A stretch of DNA of 64,000 nt from an uncultured Bacteroidia bacterium (GTDB taxonomy: Bacteria > Bacteroidota > Bacteroidia > Bacteroidales > UBA932): assembly GCA_902785575.1 (NCBI GenBank), contig CACZZF010000013.1, positions 52,867-116,866 of the forward strand, written 5' to 3'. Below are positions 8,074 through 18,418 of the stretch, piece after piece (position 1 is the first letter of the stretch; each line of letters starts with the position of its first letter). The notes beneath the pieces are model-generated. The model ran no database searches. It saw only the letters and a program-made list of their open reading frames with translations, and had not been told where the DNA came from. The translations under genes were made by a program, and so were the position numbers.

Positions 8074-9434
8074 TCAGAAAATCAGCGCTCATAGCCATTG
8101 TCGCGGCCATTTTCGCCTTGTCCGGGCAGGTTCACGCACAGTACATGTCAGGGTATTCAGAGTTGGGAGACACGGAGACGGTCTCTTCTCTTAAGAAGCA
8201 TATCACTACCGTTTCCTCCGCTATGATGGAGGGCCGCAAGGCCGGGTCGGAAGGAGAGAAGATGACGGCGGAGTATATCACCGAAGTGTTGAATGAATAC
8301 GGGGTAGATGTGCTCTCTGGGGAATCCGGCGATCCTTTCGGAATTCGTCAGGAGAATGGGGACACTCTTGTGTCAAGGAATGTGTGCGGTTTTATACAAG
8401 GTTGGGATAAGTCGTTGAGGGACAGGTATATTGTCATAGGCGCCAGGATGGACAACCTTGGCACTGGCTCAATGACTGTTGACGGAAATAAGGTCGAGAA
8501 GATTTATTATGGGGCCAATGGCAACGCCTCCGGAGTGGCTATGATGCTGGAACTCGCGAGGATGCTCAAGACCAACAAAGCTTTGCTTCGCCGATCTGTC
8601 CTGTTGTTGGCTTTCGGGGCTTCGAAAGAGTCTTTCGCCGGATCGTGGTATTTCCTAAACCGTTCTTTCTCAGATGTTTCCAACATCGACGCCATGATTA
8701 ATCTGGATATGCTCGGGACGGGTGCCGACGGCTTCTTCGCTTTCACTGCCTCCAACGCCGACATGAACGCGATGGTTGAGGCCCTGTCAAGTGAGCTTCA
8801 GCCCATCAGACCGGTCATCACTTCGCAGGAGCCATACCCTTCCGACAATATCGCTTTTTACGACAAGGGTATTCCCTCGATCTTTTTCACGACCGGACGT
8901 TATCCGGCCCATGACACCGAGAGGGACACCCAGTCGATTATCGATTATGACAACATGGAGAAGGAACTGGAATATATCTACAACTATTCCGTTTCTCTCG
9001 CTAATGGACCCAAGCCAATATTCAACCCGACGGAGGTGGTCAAACTAACCGGAGGAGTCTCAGGAGTTGTCCCTTATTACGACTGCGATGTCAAGCCGTC
9101 ATTCCTTGGCAGCACCGATCCTACGGTTTTCCTCCAGAAGTGGGTATATTCTTACATGAAATATCCTGAGGAGGCACTCAAGCAGGGCATCCAGGGAAGG
9201 GTTCTCGTTGATTTCGTCATTGGAGAAGATGGTAAGATCCGTGATGTTAAAGTCCTAAAGGGCGCGGATCCTCTCCTTGATGACGAGGCCGTAAGGATCA
9301 TCAGCGGATCACCGGCTTGGAAGCCGGGCAAAGTCCGCGGCAAGAAAGTCAGCTCCGAGATGTCTTTGTATGTGGAATTCCGTCTGGAAAAGAAAGGAAC
9401 CAGGAGTTTTGGATTTAAGAAGCATAATACTTAG
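8070..9434 (+). CDS. M28 peptidase-like domain (metal ligands substituted) fused to a TonB C-terminal domain
   Basis: Signal peptide, then an M28 scaffold (EGRKAGSEGEKMTAEYI, GANGNASGVAMMLELAR, INLDMLG). C-terminus YPEEALKQGIQGRVLVDFVIGEDGKIRDVKVLKGADPLLDDEAVRIISGSPAWKPGKVRGKKV matches TonB_C. ATGA overlap with the SPOR gene. Confidence 0.7.
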   Translation: MIRKSALIAIVAAIFALSGQVHAQYMSGYSELGDTETVSSLKKHITTVSSAMMEGRKAGSEGEKMTAEYITEVLNEYGVDVLSGESGDPFGIRQENGDTLVSRNVCGFIQGWDKSLRDRYIVIGARMDNLGTGSMTVDGNKVEKIYYGANGNASGVAMMLELARMLKTNKALLRRSVLLLAFGASKESFAGSWYFLNRSFSDVSNIDAMINLDMLGTGADGFFAFTASNADMNAMVEALSSELQPIRPVITSQEPYPSDNIAFYDKGIPSIFFTTGRYPAHDTERDTQSIIDYDNMEKELEYIYNYSVSLANGPKPIFNPTEVVKLTGGVSGVVPYYDCDVKPSFLGSTDPTVFLQKWVYSYMKYPEEALKQGIQGRVLVDFVIGEDGKIRDVKVLKGADPLLDDEAVRIISGSPAWKPGKVRGKKVSSEMSLYVEFRLEKKGTRSFGFKKHNT

Positions 9435-9450
9435 AAATAACTTGTAAACA

Positions 9451-12216
9451 ATGGATTACGATTTCAGGCAAATTGAGAGGAAATGGCAGGCCTACTGGGC
9501 TGAGAAAGGAACTTTCAAGACGGGTACCGATCCGTCCAAACCTAAGTTCTATGTCCTTGACATGTTCCCTTACCCTTCCGGAGCGGGACTTCATGTGGGC
9601 CATCCGCTGGGATATATAGCGAGTGACATATTCTCCCGCTACAAGAGGTTGAAGGGGTTTAATGTGCTCCATCCGATGGGTTACGACGCTTTCGGCTTGC
9701 CTGCCGAGCAGTACGCCATCCAGACTGGCCAGCATCCTGAAGTCACGACCGTCAATAACATCAACCGTTACCGCCAGCAAATGGACAGGATCGGTTTCTC
9801 CTATGACTGGGACCGTGAGGTGAGGACATGTGATCCGGCTTACTACAAGTGGACACAATGGGCTTTCTTGAAGATGTTCGGCTGCTGGTACGACGCCGAT
9901 ATGGACAAGGCCCGCCCGATCGAGGATCTTGTCGCGGCCTTCGAGAAGGGCGGCAGCGAAGCCGTAAACGCCTCATGTTCAGATCATGACCCGTTCACGG
10001 CCGAGCAGTGGAAGGCGTTCTCTGAGAAGGAGAAGTCCGACATGCTCATGAACTACCGGATCGCTTATCAGGGAGAGACTTCTGTCAACTGGTGCGCTGG
10101 TTTGGGAACTGTGTTGGCCAACGATGAGGTCAAGGATGGATTCTCCGTCAGAGGTGGCTTCCCTGTGGAGCAGAAGAAGATGATGCAGTGGCAGTTGAGG
10201 GTGTCCGCCTATGCCGGAAGGCTTCTTGATGGCCTTGACAAGATCGACTGGACAGACTCCCTCAAGGAGATGCAGCGCAACTGGATCGGCAAATCCAATG
10301 GTTGCGAGGTCGTGTTCAAGTGCTACAATGGTGACGAGGAGCACGATGTCACCATATTCACGACCAGGGTCGACACTATTTTCGGTGTGACCTTCATGGT
10401 TCTCGCACCTGAGAGCGAGCTTACCCCGATCCTCACTACCGAGGCCCAAAAGGCTGAGGTTGAGGAATATCTCGCCTATGTCAAGAAGAAGACGGAGAGA
10501 GAGAGAATCGCCGAGACCAAGACCGTCACCGGCGTTTTCTCCGGATCTTATGGCGTCAATCCGCTTACAGGTGAGAGGGTTCCGATCTGGATATCTGAAT
10601 ATGTGCTCGCCGGATATGGTACGGGTGCGATTATGGCTGTCCCGGCCCATGACAGCAGGGATTATGTGTTCGCCAAGAAGTTCAATCTTCCTATCGTTCC
10701 AATCATCGAAGGCTGCGATGTCAGTGAGGAGAGTTTCGACGCCAAGGAGGGCAAGATGGTCAATTCAGGCTTCCTGGACGGAATGGAGGTCAAGGATGCC
10801 ATTCCCGCCGCTATCAAGTATGTCGAGGAGAAAGGTCTGGGCCACAGCAAGGTCAATTACAGGCTCCGTGACGCCATATTCAGCCGCCAGAGGTACTGGG
10901 GAGAGCCTTTCCCTATCTATTACAAAGATGGGATCCCTACTCCCGTACCGTTTGAGGATCTGCCTCTGACTCTTCCTGAGATCAGCGAGTTCAAGCCTAC
11001 CGAGAAGGGAGAGCCTCCGCTCGCCAGGGCGAAAGATTGGACCTATAAGGGATATCCTCTGGAGACCAGCACGATGCCTGGATTCGCCGGATCAAGTGCC
11101 TATTATCTCCGCTACATGGATCCCCACAATGATAACGCCTTGGTTGACAAGGATGTGGACGCATATTGGAGGGATGTTGATCTCTACATTGGTGGCACCG
11201 AGCACGCCACTGGCCACCTCATTTATTCCCGTTTCTGGAACAAGTTCCTGTTCGATTTGGGATATGTTTGTGAGGATGAGCCTTTCCGTAAGCTGATCAA
11301 CCAGGGTATGATCCAAGGCCGTTCCAACTTTGTGTACCGTATTGTCGGGACCAACAAGTTTGTATCCCTCGGTCTCAAGGGCCAGTACCAGACCACTGAG
11401 ATCCATGTCGATATCAGCCTGGTGCGCAACGACAGGCTTGACCTTGAGGCGTTCAAGGCCTGGAGACCGGAATTCGCTGATGCTGAGTTTGTTCTGGAGA
11501 ACGGGGAGTATATCTGCGGATGGGCTGTCGAGAAAATGAGCAAATCTATGTTCAATGTTGTCAACCCTGACAATATCTGCGATGATTACGGTGCCGACAC
11601 GCTTCGTCTATACGAGATGTTCCTCGGCCCGCTCGAGCAGAGCAAGCCTTGGGACACCAAGGGAATCGACGGTGTCAACCGTTTCCTGAAGAAGTTCTGG
11701 AGGATGTTCTTTGACGGGGAAGACCTGGATGTCTCTGATGAGGAGCCTACGGCGGAGGAGTTGAAGGTCTTGCACAAGTTGATCGGGAAAGAGGAGTCTG
11801 ACATCGAGCACTTCTCGTTCAACACCACAGTCAGCGCCTTCATGATAGCGCTTAATGACCTCGGCGCGTTGAAATGCCACAAGAGGGCCATTCTGGAGCC
11901 CATGGTCATCCTTCTCTCTCCGTTCGCCCCTCATATTGCTGAGGAACTCTGGTCGCTGCTCGGCCATGAGGAGAGTGTCACATTCGCATCCTTCCCGGTC
12001 TTTAACCCGGCCTTGGCCGCGGAAGACAGTATCAAGTACCCTGTGTCTTTCAACGGCAAGATGAGGTTCACGGTGGATCTTCCAAAGTCAATGGCTCCCG
12101 CTGATGTCGAGGCTACGGTCAGAGGGATGGAGCAGACCATCAAATGGGTGGGCGACAAGTCGATAGCAAAGGTTATCGTTGTCCCCGGCAGGATTGTCAA
12201 CATTGTTATCAAGTAG
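9451..12216 (+). CDS. leuS: Leucine--tRNA ligase
   Basis: 921 aa. Class I HIGH motif ([10 protein letters not shown]) and KMSKS motif ([10 protein letters not shown]). Overall LeuS architecture. Confidence 0.97.
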   Translation: MDYDFRQIERKWQAYWAEKGTFKTGTDPSKPKFYVLDMFPYPSGAGLHVGHPLGYIASDIFSRYKRLKGFNVLHPMGYDAFGLPAEQYAIQTGQHPEVTTVNNINRYRQQMDRIGFSYDWDREVRTCDPAYYKWTQWAFLKMFGCWYDADMDKARPIEDLVAAFEKGGSEAVNASCSDHDPFTAEQWKAFSEKEKSDMLMNYRIAYQGETSVNWCAGLGTVLANDEVKDGFSVRGGFPVEQKKMMQWQLRVSAYAGRLLDGLDKIDWTDSLKEMQRNWIGKSNGCEVVFKCYNGDEEHDVTIFTTRVDTIFGVTFMVLAPESELTPILTTEAQKAEVEEYLAYVKKKTERERIAETKTVTGVFSGSYGVNPLTGERVPIWISEYVLAGYGTGAIMAVPAHDSRDYVFAKKFNLPIVPIIEGCDVSEESFDAKEGKMVNSGFLDGMEVKDAIPAAIKYVEEKGLGHSKVNYRLRDAIFSRQRYWGEPFPIYYKDGIPTPVPFEDLPLTLPEISEFKPTEKGEPPLARAKDWTYKGYPLETSTMPGFAGSSAYYLRYMDPHNDNALVDKDVDAYWRDVDLYIGGTEHATGHLIYSRFWNKFLFDLGYVCEDEPFRKLINQGMIQGRSNFVYRIVGTNKFVSLGLKGQYQTTEIHVDISLVRNDRLDLEAFKAWRPEFADAEFVLENGEYICGWAVEKMSKSMFNVVNPDNICDDYGADTLRLYEMFLGPLEQSKPWDTKGIDGVNRFLKKFWRMFFDGEDLDVSDEEPTAEELKVLHKLIGKEESDIEHFSFNTTVSAFMIALNDLGALKCHKRAILEPMVILLSPFAPHIAEELWSLLGHEESVTFASFPVFNPALAAEDSIKYPVSFNGKMRFTVDLPKSMAPADVEATVRGMEQTIKWVGDKSIAKVIVVPGRIVNIVIK

Positions 12217-12221
12217 TGGAA

Positions 12222-13175
12222 ATGGTTCAAACAGCGAAAAAGAAGAAAAGCGCTTTCTTGAATACCCTTGATGACTATGTCGTCATAACCATCGGTGTAT
12301 TGTTCTACACCTTTGCTTGGGCCGACATGCTTATTCCGAATGGAATCGCCAGCGGTGGTCTGACTGGCGCGTGTACAATCATCAATTTCGCCACCGGCAT
12401 CCCGGTCTATCTTTCCTATATTGTTGTAAATGGCTTGCTGATAATAGCCGGAAGCATCATTCTCGGGAAGGGATTCGGATTCAAGACCCTTTATGCTATC
12501 GGCCTTTCCACATTAGGTCTGGATTTCTTGGCCGGGATGGAGTTCCTGCATGTGTTCTTCGACAACAAGCTTCTTCTTGTGGTTGTGGCGGCCATCATCG
12601 AGTCCATTGGCATCACATGTATCTTGGCGAGAGGGGGAAGTACCGGAGGAACCGATATTGTCGCGTTGATAGTCAATAAGTTCTGGCCCGTCTCATTAGG
12701 GAAGGTCTTCTTGGCTGTGGATATGTTTATCATAGCGTCAGTACTCCTTGTTCCCGGAAAGACCATTGAGGATATGGTTTATGGTTATGTGGCCATGGTC
12801 ATATTCTCGGTTTTTGTGGACTGGGTCCTTCTGGGACGCAATTCCACATGGCAGATAATGGTGTTCTCCGAAAAGTATAAGGAAATCGCGGACACAGTCA
12901 TTAATGATCTTGAGCGCGGAGTCACTGCCCTTGAAGCCCAGGGGTGGTACTCCGGGCAGAGCAAGAAGGTCCTTCTTATACTGGTGCGCAAGCCTGAACT
13001 CCATACTATCACCAAATTGGTCAAGGAAATAGATCCCAGGGCATTTGTCACGGTGTCCTCCGCCAGCACAGTATACGGTGAAGGCTTCGATGAGATGAAG
13101 ACAGGAATTAAACTGAGGTTGAAAAAGAACAATAATAATGGCAATACAAGAGAAAAACCTGATGCGCGCGGTTAA
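12222..13175 (+). CDS. YitT family membrane protein (DUF2179 C-terminal domain)
   Basis: Motifs GGLTGACTIINF and RGGSTGGTDIVALIV, with a C-terminal DUF2179-like domain. ATG at 12222 is chosen because the ORF-track start at 12144 lies inside leuS. Confidence 0.8.
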   Translation: MVQTAKKKKSAFLNTLDDYVVITIGVLFYTFAWADMLIPNGIASGGLTGACTIINFATGIPVYLSYIVVNGLLIIAGSIILGKGFGFKTLYAIGLSTLGLDFLAGMEFLHVFFDNKLLLVVVAAIIESIGITCILARGGSTGGTDIVALIVNKFWPVSLGKVFLAVDMFIIASVLLVPGKTIEDMVYGYVAMVIFSVFVDWVLLGRNSTWQIMVFSEKYKEIADTVINDLERGVTALEAQGWYSGQSKKVLLILVRKPELHTITKLVKEIDPRAFVTVSSASTVYGEGFDEMKTGIKLRLKKNNNNGNTREKPDARG

Positions 13176-14064
13176 GGAATATTTTCTTATTACGCTCGGA
13201 ATATTGATTTACACGTCCGGTTGGACAATTTTCCTGACTCCAAACAACATGTTCGGTGGCGGAGTGTCCGGTATAAGTGCCATCATCCAGTTCGCCACGG
13301 GGATCAAGATGGGTTACACTTATTTTGTGATCAACGCCTTACTGCTGCTTATTTCCTTGTTTATTATCGGCCCTTCCTTCGGTGTCAAGACTGTTTACGC
13401 GATCTTTCTGGCGTCATTCTGCTTGAATATCGAGCAGACTTTGATTCCGACTCAGTTTATCCAGGATATCGCCCTGTCCAATGGGAAGCTACTCTGCTCT
13501 ATCATAGGTGGTTCCATGGCTGGATTCGGAATCGGCATGTCGATTTCACAAGGAGGAAGTACCGGAGGAACGGACATCATAGCATTGATTGTCACCAAGT
13601 ACAGGAACGTATCCCCAGGCAAGGTGATTCTGCTGATGGATGTGTTCATCATCGCTTTCTCATTGCTTGTGCCGTCTTACGATTCTAATGGTCAGGCGCT
13701 TCCTTTCGTTGATAAGTTCATCACGGCTGTCTATGGTATGATCACTGTCACGGTTTGCGGCAATGTCGCCGACCTTTATCTTTCAGGTTCCAGACGAAGT
13801 GTACAGCTTTTCATCCTCTCCCACGAGCATGTGGCTATCGCTGACATGATCACCACGGAATTCCATAGGGGAGTGACTGTCCTTGATGGACAGGGATGGT
13901 ATACCAAGCAACAGGCCTCTGTCTTGATGGTCATCACGAGGAAGACGGATGTGAATATCCTTCTCAGGGCGATCAAGAGGATTGATCCGGATGCGTTCTT
14001 GTCGATTTCCTCAGTCGCGGGTGTCTACGGAAAGGGATTTGACTCGATTAAGGAAAATAAATAG
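13138..14064 (+). CDS. YitT family membrane protein (second tandem paralogue)
   Basis: Same motif set as the upstream gene (GGVSGISAIIQF, QGGSTGGTDIIALIV, GVTVLDGQGWYT). Overlaps it by 38 nt. Confidence 0.8.
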   Translation: MAIQEKNLMRAVKEYFLITLGILIYTSGWTIFLTPNNMFGGGVSGISAIIQFATGIKMGYTYFVINALLLLISLFIIGPSFGVKTVYAIFLASFCLNIEQTLIPTQFIQDIALSNGKLLCSIIGGSMAGFGIGMSISQGGSTGGTDIIALIVTKYRNVSPGKVILLMDVFIIAFSLLVPSYDSNGQALPFVDKFITAVYGMITVTVCGNVADLYLSGSRRSVQLFILSHEHVAIADMITTEFHRGVTVLDGQGWYTKQQASVLMVITRKTDVNILLRAIKRIDPDAFLSISSVAGVYGKGFDSIKENK

Positions 14065-14100
14065 CAATTTCTCTTTTTGACATCGTTTTTTTGAAAGAAA

Positions 14101-14133
14101 CCCCCGGCGAACCTATCCGCCGGGGGCTTTTGT
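14101..14133 (+). terminator. Rho-independent terminator
   Basis: 9-bp GC stem CCCCCGGCG (14101-14109) / CGCCGGGGG (14118-14126), 8-nt loop, followed by CTTTTGT. Confidence 0.7.
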
Positions 14134-14200
14134 ATGGTTTTCATGTCTATATTCGGCAATGAAAAGAAAAACTTGAAAACTAAAACCATTCTTGAACAGT

Positions 14201-15283
14201 ATGTCGACAGTAGTAGCTTTTTTTCTAATCGTCGAATATCTTTCTTTCCTTTTTTATGACTTTTATAAGAACCGCTCCAGGAGAAATCGCCAAATGGTCA
14301 TCAGGATGCTGGCTGGCCTGACCGGCGCGTTACTTGTCGTCCTTGAGGTTGTAAGGCAGGGACCTGTAGAGACCAGCTATCTTGTCTTGGACATCACGGC
14401 CGTGGTGGAGATACTGCTGCTCTACCCGTGTTCTTTCGAGAAACCTGGTTTCTCTCTTTGCGCCACGCTCCTGCTTGAGATCGCCCTAGTGATATCATTC
14501 GTTTTTTCTTTGTTTGTCCCTTCGGGAAAAGTCTCTTTCCGCTCCGAGAGGATATTCTTTTCCTACATTGTTGTGCTTGTGGTTTTCTCTTTTTATTTCT
14601 CGGCTGTCGCGGCAAAGAGATTCAGCGGAATCAGGTTGTTCTTCCGTAATTCCGCGGTCTGGCACAACTTGGAGGATTACTCCCGATTCATATATTCATT
14701 GGTTTTCATGGGTTTGGGAATATATTCCCTTTGCTCGGTTCTCTTGCCGGGTGACGCCGGTGAGATTATGACTTACACAAGCCTGGCCTTCTTCATGGTC
14801 CTGTACGCCGTCTTATACTTAAGGGACATGACCGGGAGGACATACGTGCTCAATCAGGGTACCGAGGAAAAGGTGAAGGAGATCATAAAGGGCAACCTGA
14901 GGACGTCTGTCATCGACAAGGCTGAGGAAGACAAGAAGATGAACAACCTTTACCGCAGGGTCCTGATGTATATGAATGAACAGAGGCCATACCTTAATCC
15001 GTCTTTCCGTATGGAGGACATGGCCGAGGAACTGTACTCGAATAAACTATATTTATCGCGCACAATTAACCTTTTGTCAGGCAGGAACTTCCGTCAATTC
15101 ATCAATTACCATAGGGTGCAGTATGCGATATCGTTGTTCAAGAAGGACCCACGTTTGAAAGTAGGGGAGGTCTCCATGATGTCCGGCTTCCATTCCTCCG
15201 TTTCTTTCAATATGGCTTTCAAGGTCAACACTGGCCAGACCCCTTCCGAATGGCTGCATGACCATGCCTTTGACCGGATGTGA
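14201..15283 (+). CDS. Membrane-embedded AraC family transcriptional regulator
   Basis: N-terminal roughly 200 aa form about 6 TM segments. C-terminal HTH_18/AraC motif: MEDMAEELYSNKLYLSRTINLLSGRNFRQFINYHRVQYAISLF...SGFHSSVSFNMAFKVNTGQTPSEW. The ORF-track start at 14192 is TTG; the first ATG is at 14201. Confidence 0.75.
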   Translation: MSTVVAFFLIVEYLSFLFYDFYKNRSRRNRQMVIRMLAGLTGALLVVLEVVRQGPVETSYLVLDITAVVEILLLYPCSFEKPGFSLCATLLLEIALVISFVFSLFVPSGKVSFRSERIFFSYIVVLVVFSFYFSAVAAKRFSGIRLFFRNSAVWHNLEDYSRFIYSLVFMGLGIYSLCSVLLPGDAGEIMTYTSLAFFMVLYAVLYLRDMTGRTYVLNQGTEEKVKEIIKGNLRTSVIDKAEEDKKMNNLYRRVLMYMNEQRPYLNPSFRMEDMAEELYSNKLYLSRTINLLSGRNFRQFINYHRVQYAISLFKKDPRLKVGEVSMMSGFHSSVSFNMAFKVNTGQTPSEWLHDHAFDRM

Positions 15284-15313
15284 TAATAGTGAAGATTTTT
15301 TTATATTCGCGTT

Positions 15314-15943
15314 ATGAAAAGATTCATTTTATCCATTCTTTTGGGTGCCATGGTGTTAGCTCCCGTCGCCGCACAGAGCAGGAAAGCCGTGAAACAAGCG
15401 AAAAAGGACACCAAGATTGAGGTCAAGCAGCTTAAGGCCGATGGTTACAAGTCTCTTGACAATGTCAAGCTCGATGAGGTGGTTAACCGTTACCTTACCT
15501 CTTTATATTCCACCAAGAATTCCACTGAGGTGATTGGAAAAGCTGAGAACAAGGATTTGAACATCGCTAAGGCTGAGGCCAGGACCGATGCGCTTTATGG
15601 TTATCCGGAGGATGATGTGGTCGATTCATTTTTCGTCTACAGAAAGACGAGGAACAGGTATGAGGTTGTCTGCTATGCGGCTTTGAAAGGCAGGTCAGCC
15701 AAGGATGCCTCAAAGGACAGGACCCAGATGCGCAGGCGTTCTGAGGGGACTGAGGCCACGATAGCCACCGCCAGATCAGAGCAGGAGGCTAAGGAAGCCA
15801 AGGCTAAGGAAGATAAGGCCAGGGCCAAGGCTGAAAAAGAAGCTAAGAAGGCTGAGAAGAAGGCTGAGAAAGCCAGGAAAGAGGCCGAGTCCGCAAGGCA
15901 GAACGCTGTTTCAGCCAGAGAGAAGGTTGATGATTACAGGTAG
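15314..15943 (+). CDS. Secreted hypothetical protein with Lys/Glu/Ala-rich C-terminal tail
   Basis: Signal peptide MKRFILSILLGAMVLAPVAAQ. C-terminal low-complexity region AKEAKAKEDKARAKAEKEAKKAEKKAEKARKEAE. No family recognised. Confidence 0.5.
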   Translation: MKRFILSILLGAMVLAPVAAQSRKAVKQAKKDTKIEVKQLKADGYKSLDNVKLDEVVNRYLTSLYSTKNSTEVIGKAENKDLNIAKAEARTDALYGYPEDDVVDSFFVYRKTRNRYEVVCYAALKGRSAKDASKDRTQMRRRSEGTEATIATARSEQEAKEAKAKEDKARAKAEKEAKKAEKKAEKARKEAESARQNAVSAREKVDDYR

Positions 15944-16653
15944 GGTTCTATCCCTTTCCAAGAGCTAGGAGGTGGCGCGATAATCGTCATCTCCTCTTTT
16001 TTTACGGGATGGATGAAACTTATCTCTCTGGAATGGAGGCATATTCCTCCATCCGGATTGGAACGTGGAGCTCCATATTTAAGATCCCCTTTGATGACAC
16101 AACCTATCGCGGCGAGCTGGCATCTGATCTGATGATGTCGGCCAGTCAGGAGCTGGACTGACAGGAGATGATAGCGCTCTGTCTTTCCGATCACTTTGTA
16201 CAAGAGCCTGGCTTCTTTCGCGCCTTGTGCGGAGCTGCCGTTCTTCGCGACGAAACTTTTGTTCATCTTCTCATTCCTGATGAGCCAGTCCACAAGTTCC
16301 CCGGACTCTTTCTGTGGCGCGTTAAGGCAAAGCGCCCAATAGGTCTTGTGGATATCTCCGGTCCTGAACATCTCAGATAGGCGTGAGAGAGCTTTTGAGG
16401 TTTTCGCGAATACCACAATTCCGCTGACAGGCCGGTCCAGCCGGTGAGGAACGCCCATAAAGACCTTGCCCGGCTTTGAATCCCTCTGGGCTATGAAAGC
16501 CTTTAGGGTCTCAGCCAGGCACTCATCCCCGGTCTTGTCCCCCTGGACTATCTCACCGGGGACTTTGTTGAACACGAGGATATGGTTGTCTTCGTGGAGA
16601 ATCCTTGAAGAGAGGTCCTCGAACTCGTCAGGATCCAGTCTTCTGTATTCCAT
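15934..16653 (-). CDS. RluA family pseudouridine synthase
   Basis: Catalytic HRLDRPVSGIVVFAKT motif and GRHHQIRCQLA motif. Confidence 0.85.
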   Translation of the reverse strand: MEYRRLDPDEFEDLSSRILHEDNHILVFNKVPGEIVQGDKTGDECLAETLKAFIAQRDSKPGKVFMGVPHRLDRPVSGIVVFAKTSKALSRLSEMFRTGDIHKTYWALCLNAPQKESGELVDWLIRNEKMNKSFVAKNGSSAQGAKEARLLYKVIGKTERYHLLSVQLLTGRHHQIRCQLAAIGCVIKGDLKYGAPRSNPDGGICLHSREISFIHPVKKEEMTIIAPPPSSWKGIEPYL

Positions 16654-16654
16654 C

Positions 16655-17089
16655 TTATTGCTGGATAGGGACTAAGGCGAATGAAGGCATTCCCTTGCAG
16701 CAAAGCTTCCCGTTAACCTCCAGTTTCGCGGAGCAGAAGAATAGCAAACCGCGCCTGTCATCTAGGCTGGCGGTCACCTCACAAACGTCTCCGGGCTTCA
16801 CGGAGTTCTTGAAACGGACTTTGTCAAGGCCGGCATATAGGGTGATATGGCCGGGGATCTCGTCTTTGACAAGGATGGCGCAGCTTTGTGCCATGATCTC
16901 GCAGAGAATAACTCCGGGAACCACGGGATTGCCAGGGAAATGGCCTCTGGTGAAAAACTCGTCTTCCTTGATACGGTATTTGGCGTGGGCCAGACCGTTT
17001 TCGTCTATATATGCTTCCTCGATTAGGAGCATGGGCTCCCTATGCGGCAGGAATTGCTTGATATCTTCTTTGTTAAGAACTTCTGACAT
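16655..17089 (-). CDS. fabZ: 3-hydroxyacyl-ACP dehydratase (FabZ-type hotdog)
   Basis: 144 aa. LPHREPMLLI and GHFPGNPVVPGVILCEIMAQ motifs. Confidence 0.8.
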   Translation of the reverse strand: MSEVLNKEDIKQFLPHREPMLLIEEAYIDENGLAHAKYRIKEDEFFTRGHFPGNPVVPGVILCEIMAQSCAILVKDEIPGHITLYAGLDKVRFKNSVKPGDVCEVTASLDDRRGLLFFCSAKLEVNGKLCCKGMPSFALVPIQQ

Positions 17090-17101
17090 AGTTATTTACT
17101 T

Positions 17102-18361
17102 TTAGTCCTCGCATTTTCTGAAAGCGACACAAGCGTCGTGCCCTCCAAATCCGAACGAATCCGAAATACCTAGGGTCAAGTCGGTCTTGACAGCGACGTT
17201 GGGAGTGTAATCGAGGTCGCACTCGGGATCGGGGGTGTCCAAGTTGATAGTGGGAGGGCATATCCCGTCACGGAGGGCAAGTATTGTCGCTATCGCCTCG
17301 GCGGCACCGGCCGCGCCGAACATGTGTCCGGTCATAGATTTGATGGAGCTTATGTGAGCCTTGTAAGCGAAATCTCCAAGAGCGTTCTTGTAAGCCATTG
17401 TCTCAGCGGCGTCGTTAAGCTTGGTGCCGGTTCCATGGGCGTTGATGTAGAGATTGTCTTTCTCCTTGTCGAACTTGGCCTCCTTAAGAGCCAACTCGAT
17501 ACATTTGGCCTGTGTGGTCCCGTCCGGCCTGGGGGCTGTTGAATGGTAGGCGTCGCAGGTATTGCCATAACCGACCATCTCTCCGAGGATCACGGCTCCA
17601 CGGGCTTTGGCATGCTCATATTCCTCAAGGATGAGGGCTGCGGAACCGTCTCCCATAACGAATCCGGCGCGGTTGGCGTTGAAAGGCAATGACGCGTATT
17701 TGGGATCGGTTGACCTCGAAAGAGCTTTCAGGTTGGCGAAACCGGCGATTCCGATCGGAATGGTGGCGTTCTCGCTTCCTCCGGTTATGATAGCGTCTGC
17801 ATAGCCGTGTTTGATGGCTCTGTAGGCCTCACCCATGGCGTTAGTCGAGGTCGCGCAAGCTGTCACGATATCGAGACAGGGACCTTCCGCATGGTTGAGT
17901 ATGGCGATCTGGCCAGCGGCGATGTTGGAGATCATCGTAGGGATGAACAGAGGGGAAATCCACTGTCCTGAAGGATCATCAATCATCTTGGCCATTTCCC
18001 TGTACTGCGTGGCGAAACCTCCGATACCTGATCCGAAATACACTCCGAATCTGAAGGGATCGATGTTCTGCCCCTCACCGGTGGAGACGAGACCGGATTG
18101 TTTTACGGCCTGATATGCCGCCGCGACACCGAATTGAGTGAACAGGTCCTGCTTACGGATGAACGGCTTGTCCATACCATATTCCTCGGCGTGAAACTCC
18201 TTTACCTTGCCGGCGATCCTCACGGGAAGCTGCTCGGTGTCCTCGCTCTCGATTACTTCGATACCGCAGTAACCGTCGCAAAGGTTTTTCCAGAAAGTGG
18301 TGACGTCATTCCCGACAGGGGAGATGACACCCATTCCAGTTATAACTACTCTTTTTTCCAT
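17102..18361 (-). CDS. fabF: Beta-ketoacyl-ACP synthase II
   Basis: 419 aa. Active-site Cys context DIVTACATS and His motifs INAHGTGT and KSMTGHMFGAAG. Confidence 0.9.
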   Translation of the reverse strand: MEKRVVITGMGVISPVGNDVTTFWKNLCDGYCGIEVIESEDTEQLPVRIAGKVKEFHAEEYGMDKPFIRKQDLFTQFGVAAAYQAVKQSGLVSTGEGQNIDPFRFGVYFGSGIGGFATQYREMAKMIDDPSGQWISPLFIPTMISNIAAGQIAILNHAEGPCLDIVTACATSTNAMGEAYRAIKHGYADAIITGGSENATIPIGIAGFANLKALSRSTDPKYASLPFNANRAGFVMGDGSAALILEEYEHAKARGAVILGEMVGYGNTCDAYHSTAPRPDGTTQAKCIELALKEAKFDKEKDNLYINAHGTGTKLNDAAETMAYKNALGDFAYKAHISSIKSMTGHMFGAAGAAEAIATILALRDGICPPTINLDTPDPECDLDYTPNVAVKTDLTLGISDSFGFGGHDACVAFRKCED

Positions 18362-18418
18362 ATTGATTATATTATTTGTCTGATAGTCAATCCGTAAATA
18401 TAACGATTATTGTTTAAA

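Noticed and set aside
12144-12221. Upstream extensions of ORF-track starts (12144 for YitT, 1808 for the UDG-like gene, 21302, 28593, 52094, and non-ATG starts at 14192 TTG, 19523 GTG, 38167 TTG, 43270 GTG)
   Set aside because: The extensions overlap preceding genes or promoters and add residues that are not conserved-looking. Downstream ATG codons give N-termini that match the family pattern.
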